In this document: one piece after another, positions 1 to 10,305 of the stretch | How positions within the stretch are numbered: the first letter of the stretch is position 1 | Layout of the letters: each line of letters starts with the position of its first letter | Assembly: GCF_001194135.2 (NCBI RefSeq) | Contig: NC_068989.1 | Span: 87,743,861-87,776,537, forward strand | Length of the DNA: 32,677 nucleotides | DNA from: Octopus bimaculoides | Lineage: Eukaryota | Reading direction: 5' to 3' | Program-made: the position numbers and the translations under genes | The notes under the pieces: generated by a model | What the model was told of the DNA's origin: nothing | What the model saw: the letters and a program-made list of their open reading frames with translations, nothing else | Databases searched by the model: none

Positions 1-49
<49 letters not shown>

Positions 50-75
50 ATATATACATATATATCTGTATGTGT
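1..75. repeat. (TA)n/(TATG)n/(TG)n compound microsatellite
   Basis: Direct reading of tandem units. Confidence 0.95.
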
Positions 76-587
76 GTGTATTATTCCCTTATTCTTTTTA
101 AATAACTAAAAGTACAACAATTTACATCCTTATTTAATTTGGGATTTAATAAGATTTAGAATGGTACCTCACTTGCTATCTTAGTGAGCCTACAACGAAC
201 CTACTTAAAGAAGAGGTGCTATTTATTAAATGGTATCTGTAGTAAACCATTACAAGCATACTTTGCAATAAATATCTTCTGTAAGAAGTGAAGCCGGGTG
301 AAATTATGTATTTGAAATATGCTTGTTATTATAGACTTTGAATAGTTTAATAAGGTATTTTGAAATTTTTTTAATGTTCATTGGAATCCGTAATCTTGAA
401 ATGATTTGATTGAAGTAATGCATTTTGGATATGATGTAAGTTGGAATATGTAATAAAGTCTTTTGAAATAATTTGATTATGATATGTTTTTCAATGCATA
501 TGATTGATTTTAAAATGATTTGACTGTAATAATACACTTTGGAATTAATTCACTGCAATATAAGAGGATAAATGCATTTTCTTATTA

Positions 588-592
<5 letters not shown>

Positions 593-665
<73 letters not shown>

Positions 666-746
666 NNNNNNNNNNNNNNNNNNNNNNNNNNNNNNNNNNN
701 NNNNNNNNNNNNNNNNNNNNNNNNNNNNNNNNNNNNNNNNNNNNNN

Positions 747-825
<79 letters not shown>
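593..825. repeat. (CA)n - N gap - (TG)n microsatellites
   Basis: (CA)n 593-665, gap 666-746, (TG)n 747-825. Confidence 0.95.
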
Positions 826-827
<2 letters not shown>

Positions 828-999
828 TTAATTTTTTTCATAAAACCAAAACATTGCAAGTTGTAAAAACTTAGTAATACAGATCAACGGTTAATACTAT
901 TACCTGATATTTCAATTTTTCAGGGTTAGGACCGCTTTTTAAGAAATTTACTGAGAATTGTTGATAGCTGATGCCTCCGCTCAGTAATGTGTAAGCATA

Positions 1000-1190
1000 A
1001 AGAGTTGCTTTGCGTTGCCATATCATCCAATCAGCTGCATGCGATTCAAAACTGTTAATAATTCGCGAGTTGTACTTGTTAATTAAAATTGCTTCTTTTA
1101 TTCCCAAGTCACAGACACCAAGCAGGCGGCGCTACGAGTTGAATGAAGAGACTGGCTTTCTTATGCTTTTCCAATCACCATACGGTGACT
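1000..1190 (-). mobile_element. Possible decayed Penelope-like element, C-terminal part of GIY-YIG endonuclease
   Basis: Minus frame reads DWKSIRKPVSSFNS*RRLLGVCDLGIKEAILINKYNSRIIN. This fits the W-x2-I...C-x-L-(C)-x2-E-x3-I...N pattern of the PLE GIY-YIG end also seen at 20414-20605. It has an in-frame stop, and no RT was found nearby. Confidence 0.4.
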
Positions 1191-2315
1191 GGTAGTGGTG
1201 TGCGGTGGCTCACCCTAAGTAAATTACAGACGGGGATCGCTAAGAAGTCATAAGTAAAATTGTGGCTAACTACTCCGAAATGCTTGCATCTCAGGGTAGG
1301 GGTCGGGGTAGGTGGCGCTGCGAGCTGATGTAGGTGTATACACACCACTTGTCAACAAAAAGGATATATTTTCCTATTTTCCGTGAAAGAACCCAGTGAG
1401 GAGCTTGTTCCCTAGTTCGAACCTGCATCAAGGATATACGCACTGATAATAACATTGAAATAATAATTACAGGTATATCAAATACGATACAACATGAATT
1501 TTTGATGTATTAGAATTATCTCTGCCTTCAGAGGATATATCGTAAATACCAAATTGGAATTAAGACCAGTTCTTGTTGAAACAGGTGAGATAAGCTCAAG
1601 ATTCAAGAATGTCTCTTAAATTCTCATACCATTATGGAAAAGCAGAATCATACTATATGGAGATATGAGGACAGTTCCGGATACGGGTTTCTCGCTCAGT
1701 AGCCGTCTTCAGTAAAACAATTTCCCGAACCAAACTCCTGTGCCTAAGGGACCTAGACTCGTACAAAACAAAAGCAAATGAAGTTTATGGCGTCGGTGAC
1801 GTCAACTGATATTTCTATACCGATAACTGAGTGAACAGTGCTGTAAATATTGATTACAAAAAAAACAGGAAATGTCCTGAAGCAAAATGATGTTGTATAT
1901 GTGTATGTGCGTGTATATATATATNNNNNNNNNNNNNNNNNNNNNNNNNNNNNNNNNNNNNNNNNNNNNNNNNNNNNNNNNNNNNNNNNNNNNNNNNNNN
2001 NNNNNNNNNNNNNNNNNNNNNNNNNNNNNNNNNNNNNNNNNNNNNNNNNNNNNNNNNNNNNNNNNNNNNNNNNNNNNNNNNNNNNNNNNNNNNNNNNNNN
2101 NNNNNNNNNNNNNNNNNNNNNNNNNNNNNNNNNNNNNNNNNNNNNNNNNNNNNNNNNNNNNNNNNNNNNNNNNNNNNNNNNNNNNNNNNNNNNNNNNNNN
2201 NNNNNNNNNNNNNNNNNNNNNNNNNNNNNNNNNNNNNNNNNNNNNNNNNNNNNNNNNNNNNNNNNNNNNNNNNNNNNNNNNNNNNNNNNNNNNNNNNNNN
2301 NNNNNNNNNNNNNNN

Positions 2316-2392
2316 TATATATACACACACACAAATACATACACATATATATAAATACAAATATATACACACACAAGCATATGCATATATAA

Positions 2393-2444
<52 letters not shown>

Positions 2445-2487
2445 CATGTATTATATGTATGATGTACATATATCTAAAAATATATGC

Positions 2488-2557
<70 letters not shown>

Positions 2558-2680
2558 GTCTATATAATATATATGTGTATGTGCGTGTATATATATACCT
2601 ATATATATATACATACATACAAATTTATACATGCGTGTATATATATATTATGTGTGTGTGTGTGTGTGTGTGTGCGCACG
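2316..2680. repeat. Mixed (TA)n/(CA)n/(TG)n microsatellite field
   Basis: Direct reading. Confidence 0.9.
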
Positions 2681-2989
2681 CGTGCATGACAGTCTGTATC
2701 TGTGTGATTCTGTACCACTGTCTACATAGACAATTGTCGTGCTGCATGTATATATATTTTTTTTTTTCTGTCAATGATGAAGTGTGGTTGGTGATGGTAG
2801 GCGGGTGGCTGGTTAGGTGAGGAGGAAAACAGTAGAAATGAACCATGCAGATCACCGCATCTACCTTAATTGTGGCTTCTTCCAGACGAATTGCTGTCAT
2901 CGAGATTACCGACTTACACTAAAATTTCATCGTGAACATTTGGCGAAGAAAATAAAATGAATGTCTATGGCTAAGCATTAGTCTATTGC

Positions 2990-2991
2990 TA

Positions 2992-3064
<73 letters not shown>
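2990..3064. repeat. (TG)n(TA)n running into assembly gap
   Basis: Direct reading. Confidence 0.9.
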
Positions 3065-4087
3065 NNNNNNNNNNNNNNNNNNNNNNNNNNNNNNNNNNNN
3101 NNNNNNNNNNNNNNNNNNNNNNNNNNNNNNNNNNNNNNNNNNNNNNNNNNNNNNNNNNNNNNNNNNNNNNNNNNNNNNNNNNNNNNNNNNNNNNNNNNNN
3201 NNNNNNNNNNNNNNNNNNNNNNNNNNNNNNNNNNNNNNNNNNNNNNNNNNNNNNNNNNNNNNNNNNNNNNNNNNNNNNNNNNNNNNNNNNNNNNNNNNNN
3301 NNNNNNNNNNNNNNNNNNNNNNNNNNNNNNNNNNNNNNNNNNNNNNNNNNNNNNNNNNNNNNNNNNNNNNNNNNNNNNNNNNNNNNNNNNNNNNNNNNNN
3401 NNNNNNNNNNNNNNNNNNNNNNNNNNNNNNNNNNNNNNNNNNNNNNNNNNNNNNNNNNNNNNNNNNNNNNNNNNNNNNNNNNNNNNNNNNNNNNNNNNNN
3501 NNNNNNNNNNNNNNNNNNNNNNNNNNNNNNNNNNNNNNNNNNNNNNNNNNNNNNNNNNNNNNNNNNNNNNNNNNNNNNNNNNNNNNNNNNNNNNNNNNNN
3601 NNNNNNNNNNNNNNNNNNNNNNNNNNNNNNNNNNNNNNNNNNNNNNNNNNNNNNNNNNNNNNNNNNNNNNNNNNNNNNNNNNNNNNNNNNNNNNNNNNNN
3701 NNNNNNNNNNNNNNNNNNNNNNNNNNNNNNNNNNNNNNNNNNNNNNNNNNNNNNNNNNNNNNNNNNNNNNNNNNNNNNNNNNNNNNNNNNNNNNNNNNNN
3801 NNNNNNNNNNNNNNNNNNNNNNNNNNNNNNNNNNNNNNNNNNNNNNNNNNNNNNNNNNNNNNNNNNNNNNNNNNNNNNNNNNNNNNNNNNNNNNNNNNNN
3901 NNNNNNNNNNNNNNNNNNNNNNNNNNNNATATATATAAGATCCGTAAGCAGAAAAATTAAATCACGTATGTGTGAGTTCGTGTCTGTATGTGTGTGTAAT
4001 ATATAAATATATATAGATATATACACATAGCTATACATACTTTTATATATGTGTGTGCTTGTATATACGACTGTACGAATGCATTTA

Positions 4088-4285
4088 TGTATGTATGTAT
4101 GTATGTATGTATGTATGTATGTATGTATGTATGTATGTATACACCCGTTTACTTTTCATGTCTGCCTTCGATTATCTGTATTATATTAATATATTGTCTG
4201 GAACAGAAAACGAAGCAGCAGCAGCAGGAATATTGTTTTCCATTTTATACACACACACACACTCACACACACACACATACACACT

Positions 4286-4329
<44 letters not shown>

Positions 4330-4482
4330 CGCATACACACACACACACACACAAATATACACTTATACACAAACGCAAATACCTGCATATATAAATACAT
4401 TCACACGTATAATACATTCAATGTGACACACATGCATATATATACACATATAAACGCACAAATTTCAAAGTACACAGCTCAT

Positions 4483-4516
<34 letters not shown>

Positions 4517-4520
4517 TTAT
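4088..4520. repeat. (TATG)n and (CA)n-rich microsatellites
   Basis: (TATG)n about 4088-4140; CA-rich about 4248-4520. Confidence 0.9.
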
Positions 4521-4779
4521 CACAGTTTTCTCTATGGGTGCACATATACACACAAACGCGTGTGTGTAGAAAGCTTATACACGGATGGACAATATGAAAA
4601 ACAAAATATTATCACGTGCGCACATGCACACACATACAGATAGGCACATATACACACACACACACACGCGTGTGAGCGCGCGCGCATCCCATAGAAACGT
4701 CAGCCTCGACAAACAACAGTTTCAGCAACAACACCAACAACAACGATCAATATCTCATTGTCGACGCCGCCGTCGTCGT

Positions 4780-5258
4780 CATTATTGTCATCATTATCGT
4801 CATCATCATCACCATCATCACCACCATCATCATCATCATTATCATCGTCGTCGTCATCATCATCACCATCATCATCACAACTGCCATTATCNNNNNNNNN
4901 NGGGGGGGGTGCTTGTGTGCGTGCATGTATATAAACATGCATATATATTTCGCAAACAGATGTATGTACATGTGTGTATGTGTGAGCAGGTGTGTCGCAT
5001 ATGCTTATTTGTTCTCAATTCAGTAATGCAGCAGGCAAGAAGACTGGTGCATCTATCTCACCTGGAAAGGTCACATGACGTAATTAGAGAAAAATGCTGC
5101 GAGGTGTTGCCTTGTGCCGATTGGAGCGTTGATTTATGATCGGAAATCTAATGTCAAAGTTGAGCAGAATTACTGACTGAACGATATTATTTTAATCGGA
5201 GAAATACTAATTCAGATATATGAACAGTCATCTTCCTCCCTACTCCGCCTCGTCTTTC

Positions 5259-5334
<76 letters not shown>

Positions 5335-5381
5335 TATCATCATCACTATCACCTTATCATTATCATCATCACTATCAACTT

Positions 5382-5416
<35 letters not shown>

Positions 5417-5568
5417 TAACCTCATTACCATTATTATCATCGCCATCACCACCACCATCATCATCATCATCATCATCATCATCGTCACAAATCGACAATA
5501 GCAATAAATCAGTGTTAAGTTCACTTTATCCAAAATGTTGTCTGGACTTGATGTGTGATCGCTTCTAT

Positions 5569-5633
<65 letters not shown>
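4780..5633. repeat. (CAT)n tracts and (AGT)n tract, interrupted by a unique island at 4900-5255
   Basis: (CAT)n about 4780-4890 and 5258-5485; (AGT)n about 5575-5633. Confidence 0.9.
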
Positions 5634-5669
5634 ATACCTTTTATGATTCATGGTTTGTGTAAATACGTC

Positions 5670-5795
5670 TAACATAGCCGAGGAGTTGATAAATTCGGTT
5701 CGCAATCCTGAAGTCCTGGTTTCTATCCCAGAGCGTGGCATCTAAGACAAGTGTCTTTTACCATAACACTCGGTCGACCCATGCCTTGTATGTAA
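5670..5795 (+). mobile_element. Degenerate tRNA-derived SINE head, family A-related
   Basis: gcgtggcatctaagacaagtgtcttttaccataacactcggtcgacccatgccttgt aligns to the family A head gcgtggcacattgggcaagtgtcttctactatagcct..gaccaaagccttg (30175-30230). A-box-like TAGCCGAGGAG at 5675. Confidence 0.7.
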
Positions 5796-5954
5796 AATTC
5801 ACTATACGGGATTTGCTATACGGAATTCACTATACGAAATTCGTCGTGTGCAATTCGTTATACGGAGTTTGCTGTACGGAATTCGCTATATGGAAGTCAC
5901 TCTACGAAAGTCGTAGTGTGGAGCTTGTTATATGAAATTTGTTATTTGGAATTC
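5796..5954 (+). repeat. 14-bp minisatellite, 11 degenerate in-phase units (consensus ~AATTCGCTATACGG)
   Basis: Units start at 5796, 5810, 5824 ... 5936, exactly 14 bp apart with no indels. Confidence 0.9.
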
Positions 5955-6780
5955 TCTTCTTCAAAAGAAACTAAGAGAAATTCGTCGGACGATTGTCCCT
6001 GTGATACAATTGTCTGTGGTGTACTCTGCCATTTACACGTTAGATTTAATAAGTCGGACGTTCAGTAGAACCAACAACTGAATTCTCATCGTCGAAACCG
6101 ACGGAAGACCCAGGATCATCATCGTCATTGTCGTCATGTTCATCACCAAATTCATCGCAAGTGTTCCTTTTCGAAAACTTTTAGGCGAAGGTATGGCAGT
6201 TCATATATTAACAGTTTAGATCTTAGTTATAAAAAAAAAATGAAACCATTATTCTATGCTAATTTAGTTAATTACGTCAAGCTCCCTTTTCAGTTTGTAA
6301 GATAGAAATTTAAATGCAATAAAATGTTTTTAAAAGGAATTTAAAGTGCTTACGTGATAANNNNNNNNNNNNNNNNNNNNNNNNNNNNNNNNNNNNNNNN
6401 NNNNNNNNNNNNNNNNNNNNNNNNNNNNNNNNNNNNNNNNNNNNNNNNNNNNNNNNNNNNNNNNNNNNNNNNNNNNNNNNNNNNNNNNNNNNNNNNNNNN
6501 NNNNNNNNNNNNNNNNNNNNNNNNNNNNNNNNNNNNNNNNNNNNNNNNNNNNNNNNNNNNNNNNNNNNNNNNNNNNNNNNNNNNNNNNNNNNNNNNNNNN
6601 NNNNNNNNNNNNNNNNNNNNNNNNNNNNNNNNNNNNNNNNNNNNNNNNNNNNNNNNNNNNNNNNNNNNNNNNNNNNNNNNNNNNNNNNNNNNNNNNNNNN
6701 NNNNNNNNNNNNNNNNNNNNNNNNNNNNNNNNNNNNNNNNNNNNNNNNNNNNNNNNNNNNNNNNNNNNNNNNNNNNNNNN

Positions 6781-6917
6781 CGGCAAAAGATAAAATAAGT
6801 ATCGGTTTCTTTAAAAAAAAAGTCATATGCAAACTAAGGTCGATTTTTTTTCTGACTAACATCCTTCAAGATGATGCCCCAGCTTGGGCGCAGTCTAATT
6901 TCTGAAACATGTAACAA
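6781..6917 (+). mobile_element. SINE family A, degenerate 3' half (5' part lost in gap)
   Basis: cggcaaaaga..aataagt..aaggtcgattt..gactaacatccttcaagatgatgccccagcttgggcgcagtctaat..ctgaaaca matches the 3' half of copies at 25032 and 30108. Confidence 0.75.
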
Positions 6918-7006
6918 AAAAAAATTTACAACTCGGAAACTAAAGAAATAAAAAACAAAATATTTGTGAGAATGTCCTCTCAATGTCTACAAATTTCAGA
7001 TTTCTA

Positions 7007-7037
7007 GTGGTGGTGGTGGTGATGGTGGTGGTGGTGG

Positions 7038-7085
<48 letters not shown>

Positions 7086-7135
7086 CGACGATGATGATGA
7101 TGGAGGTGGTGGTGGTATTGGTGGTAATAGCTGTG
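7007..7135. repeat. (GGT)n/(GAT)n trinucleotide repeat
   Basis: Direct reading. Confidence 0.9.
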
Positions 7136-7149
7136 ATGACAATGATATA

Positions 7150-7326
7150 TAGCGGTATTCTGTCTGCTGTTACGCTCCGAGTTCAAATTAAGCCGAGGTC
7201 GATTTTGCCTTTCATCCTTTCAGGGCCGACTAAATAAGCACCAGTTACGCGCTGGGGTCGATGTAATCGACCTTATCCCTTTGTCTGTCCCCTCAATGTT
7301 TAGCCCCCGCGGGCAATAAAGAAATA
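7150..7326 (+). mobile_element. SINE family B, 5'-truncated and diverged
   Basis: tagcggtatt..gagttcaaatt..gccgaggtcgattttgcctttcatcctttc..ctggggtcgatgtaatcgac..tttagccccc..gggcaataaagaaata aligns end to end with copies at 29527 and 30270. Confidence 0.9.
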
Positions 7327-7504
7327 GATATATGTGATGGTGATGGTGATGGTGATGGTGCTACTGTAATACAACACATGAAGCCGTTGGCCACACCTAG
7401 TTTGGTAAAGAGGACGAGAGATGGCTGTCAAAGTGTGGACTGCGTGGGTGGGGGGGGGCGATCGGAGGAGGCGAGTGTGAGGTGAAGAGAAATTATACCG
7501 AAGA

Positions 7505-7514
7505 GTCGTCGTCG

Positions 7515-7577
<63 letters not shown>

Positions 7578-7666
7578 ACATCATCCTTATCATCATCATC
7601 ATCATTATCATCATCACCATCAACATCATCCTCTTCACCATCGTTTTGATCATCATCGTCATCATC

Positions 7667-7697
<31 letters not shown>

Positions 7698-7720
7698 GCA
7701 GCAGCAACAGCAGCAGCAGT
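7505..7720. repeat. (CAT)n/(CAA)n/(CAG)n compound trinucleotide repeat
   Basis: Direct reading. Confidence 0.9.
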
Positions 7721-8119
7721 TGTCTTGCTGCTATATTTAGCAACCACAATAAAAAAATTATTGACGACAATCAATAAAATTATGACATCAAGAGAAATGA
7801 AAATTATATTTGAAAAAAAAAATAAGAACAAAAGAGATGAAAATAAAAACGGGGCAAAAACAGTAAAAAAAAAACATCCAGAAGACATTTTCATCATAAA
7901 ACAACAGAAATAAAATAGCATTGTCAACATCAATAACAACAACAACAACAGCAACAACAACGAATCCAATATGGCGTCGAAAATAAAAAGTACAATAACA
8001 ACAACAGAATGAGGAAACAAAAACAAAAAAAAAGACTAGAAAAAAACGAGAAACTACAAGCAACAACAAGAAGAAGATTGAGATTGAAGTCCACAACGAT
8101 AACAAAATCTAAAGCAAAA

Positions 8120-8245
8120 TCCGCAAGCTCGCTTTTTGGGTTCGGTCCCATGGTGCGTCACTTTGGGTGAATGTGTCTTCTGTTGTAGCCACGACTAGGC
8201 CAGCGTCTTGTGAGGGGACAGAAACTGTATGGAATCCCGTCGTGC
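8120..8245 (+). mobile_element. Old SINE head related to family A
   Basis: gggttcggtccc..cactttgggtgaatgtgtcttctgttgtagcc..cttgtgag..acagaaactg..cccgtcgt aligns to the family A head and is followed by a microsatellite, as in family A. Confidence 0.65.
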
Positions 8246-8257
8246 TTATATAGGTAG

Positions 8258-8650
8258 TACGTACGTACGTACGTGCATACATGCATGCATGCATACATAC
8301 ATGCACATATATATAAATACATATACACACATACATACATACATACGTACGTATCTGCATACATGCATTCATGCATACATACGTACATACCTACATACAT
8401 GCATTCATACATACATAAATATATGCATACATACATACATGCATATATACATGCATGCATGCATACATACATATATAAACACACATACACACATACATAC
8501 ATAGTACATACCTACATACATGCATTCATACATACATACACATATATGTGTGTATGTGTGAGTGTGTAAGTATGTATGTATATAAATATATATATATAAA
8601 GAGAGGATATATTTATGTATGTGTATGTATATGTGTGTGTGTCTGTGTGT
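8258..8650. repeat. (TACA)/(TGCA)/(TACG) cryptic tetranucleotide field
   Basis: Direct reading. Confidence 0.85.
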
Positions 8651-8728
8651 CAGTGTATGTGTGTGAGGAGAGGAGAGGGAAGAAAAAGGAGGAAGAAGTT
8701 GGAAGGAAGAAGAGTGGTAATGTGGACG

Positions 8729-8825
8729 GTAACGAGTGATCCCATAATCCCCACTGATAGCCGAGTCCGTAAGAGGAGCTTACTATGGACTCGGCTATCA
8801 CTGGCAATTGAGGATCGCTCGTTAT
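8729..8825. ncRNA. Long imperfect hairpin, candidate pri-miRNA (or palindromic MITE-like remnant)
   Basis: Perfect 14-bp stem 8755-8768/8787-8800, extended to 17 bp by GTA/TAT. Outer 13-bp stem 8730-8742/8812-8824 with one G:U. Apical loop about 12 nt. The hairpin is certain; miRNA identity is inference. Confidence 0.45.
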
Positions 8826-8869
8826 TCTCCAAATCATCCCTCTTCTTCCTTCCAACTATGTTTTCGCTT

Positions 8870-8910
8870 TCTTCTTCTTCTTCTCCTCCTCCTCCCCTTC
8901 TTCTTCTTCT

Positions 8911-8947
<37 letters not shown>

Positions 8948-8960
8948 CTTCTGCTTCTTC
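8870..8960. repeat. (TCT)n/(TGC)n trinucleotide repeat
   Basis: Direct reading. Confidence 0.9.
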
Positions 8961-9289
8961 ATCCGCCAACCATACTTTCGTATTCACACTTTCTTTGCCC
9001 TCCCTGTCTTTTCGCAGTCTGTTTATATTTCCATCTTTATTTACTCTTTGTTTCCTCCTGAAATAAGCAAGACACAAAGTCTGGCAGACGCACAACGTAA
9101 CGTAAAAGCACATCTTCAGTGCAAGTGTCAAAAAGTGCCACTCTAATGTTTGAAATCGAGAATATTATAGAAATTTTCACTTGGAACTTTTGCGTCAATT
9201 GATGTTGAAAACAGAGTTGGCACAGAAACAATTGTTACGGATCATTAAAGGTGTGTTAAAGTCTTTCTTTGTTGTATTATTTGTATCAC

Positions 9290-9320
<31 letters not shown>

Positions 9321-9360
9321 TGTGTGTGTGTGTGTGTGAGAGAGTGTGTGTGTGTGTGTT
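9290..9360. repeat. (TG)n/(AG)n microsatellite
   Basis: Direct reading. Confidence 0.9.
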
Positions 9361-9362
9361 TG

Positions 9363-9455
9363 TGATTATTCAGTTTATTTCAAGATTTCTTGCCAATAGA
9401 GAAAGAACCGGTTTCTAACCTAGATCCAAGGCTCCTTCATTGCAATTTCAACATC
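9363..9455 (-). mobile_element. Possible 3' end of a non-LTR retroelement
   Basis: Minus strand ends gaaataaactgaataat, resembling the terminus aaataaaactactgaacaataat at 27976. No coding evidence. Confidence 0.3.
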
Positions 9456-9460
9456 GTATG

Positions 9461-9524
9461 TATCCCTTTATCCCTTTACTAGTTTCAGTCACTGGACTGT
9501 GGTCATGCTGGAGCACCACCTTGA
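9461..9524 (-). mobile_element. SINE family A 3' tail fragment
   Basis: Minus reads tcaaggtggtgctccagcatgaccacagtccagtgactgaaactagtaaagggataaagggata, matching the family A terminus with a short tandem tail. Confidence 0.85.
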
Positions 9525-9922
9525 TGTATGTATGTGCCTTGCTTTTTATGTGTGTGGTTTGTGGGCGAAGGTGTTTGAGTCATGCAGGCCTAGTGAGCCA
9601 TCAAAATTCTTACAGAAATCGACCCATGATAAACAATGATGGTGCTATTAAAATTCACAACAGAACGTGTGTAAAATGTGGAAGGGTTCGCCTCTCAGTT
9701 GGAGGTCTAAAAAGTCATGTTAAGAGAGTGCATATGGTGGCACCTGTTTCTCCTGACAGCCAGCACAGTGGTCTAGTATGTAATAAAATGTGTAAAAGCT
9801 TGGCCAGGCTTAAAAGTCATATAAGGGCATCACATGGCAACAATCATGAATCATTTCAGGAAGTCTTCTTGGCAATGGCTTTTTTCATGTAACGAGGATG
9901 CAGCTGTGATATGTATGTATGT
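9524..9922 (+). mobile_element. 3' end of an RTE-like LINE encoding three C2H2-type zinc fingers, ending in (TATG)n
   Basis: Open frame CVVCGRRCLSHAGLVSHQNSY / CVKCGRVRLSVGGLKSHVKRVH / LVCNKMCKSLARLKSHIRASH. The CxxCGRxCxSxxGLxSH pattern is typical of RTE C-termini; there are no TGEKP linkers. Short 3' UTR, then (TATG)n. ATGTATGTATGT flanks both sides (9524-9535, 9911-9922). Confidence 0.65.
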
Positions 9923-9924
9923 AA

Positions 9925-10305
9925 TCCAAATAATAAAGCACTTTTTGTTTAGCTCTCTAGCAAAATCCCGCAAAGTGCAGATGCCTTTCCCTTATAATGG
10001 CGGAAATAGGCAGGAAATTTCCATACGACTGTTTCTTACTAGGATGAATTATCCAGTATATGTTTAAGACTGCTCTTAACATTCGGATGTAAGTTCCATC
10101 TAGCTTGGATTCCAGTTTGTTGTTAAGCAACCTGGCTGTTGTTCCATATAAAAGGACTGACTCTACTGTTGCGCTGAAAAAAATCCCTCTTAAGGTTGTC
10201 TAACGGGGTTGATTTCCAGACAATATCCTGTTTGTTAAGAGTCGACCATACTTTACCTGTCCGAATTTTTACATCTTTTTCAATGATCAGTTTTCTTTCC
10301 CTTAG
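9925..10305 (-). mobile_element. RTE-clade LINE fragment (region downstream of RT), pseudogenised
   Basis: Minus: EKDVKIRTGKVWSTLNKQDIVWKSTPLDNLKRDFF / +1 frameshift in A7 run 10177-10183 / SATVESVLLYGTTARLLNNKLESKLDGTYIRMLRAVLNIYW..IRERHLHFAGFC*R. This matches the RTE post-RT motifs VESVLLYG, LDGxYxRMLR and RLxFAGH. Confidence 0.85.

Noticed and set aside
304-537. 77-aa minus ORF, AT-rich
   Set aside because: No recognisable motif; composition is what AT-rich noncoding DNA gives.
1290-1316. G-rich run as G-quadruplex
   Set aside because: Only three runs of three or more G; at best a weak two-tier motif.
1685-1725. Hammerhead-like CTGAAGA...GAAA on the minus strand
   Set aside because: Stem II is irregular, the U of the NUH cleavage triplet is absent (cgggaa) and stem I cannot be formed.
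5796-5954. 14-bp array as CRISPR
   Set aside because: No spacers, units too short, eukaryotic context, no cas genes.
9440-9892. Host C2H2 zinc-finger transcription factor gene
   Set aside because: No TGEKP linkers, two fingers lack a ligand, and it has a LINE-like short 3' UTR with a simple-repeat tail. Kept as a retroelement end.
9524-10305. Zinc-finger end plus RTE fragment as one twin-primed (5'-inverted) insertion
   Set aside because: The inverted piece lies 3' of the tail, whereas twin priming puts it on the 5' side.
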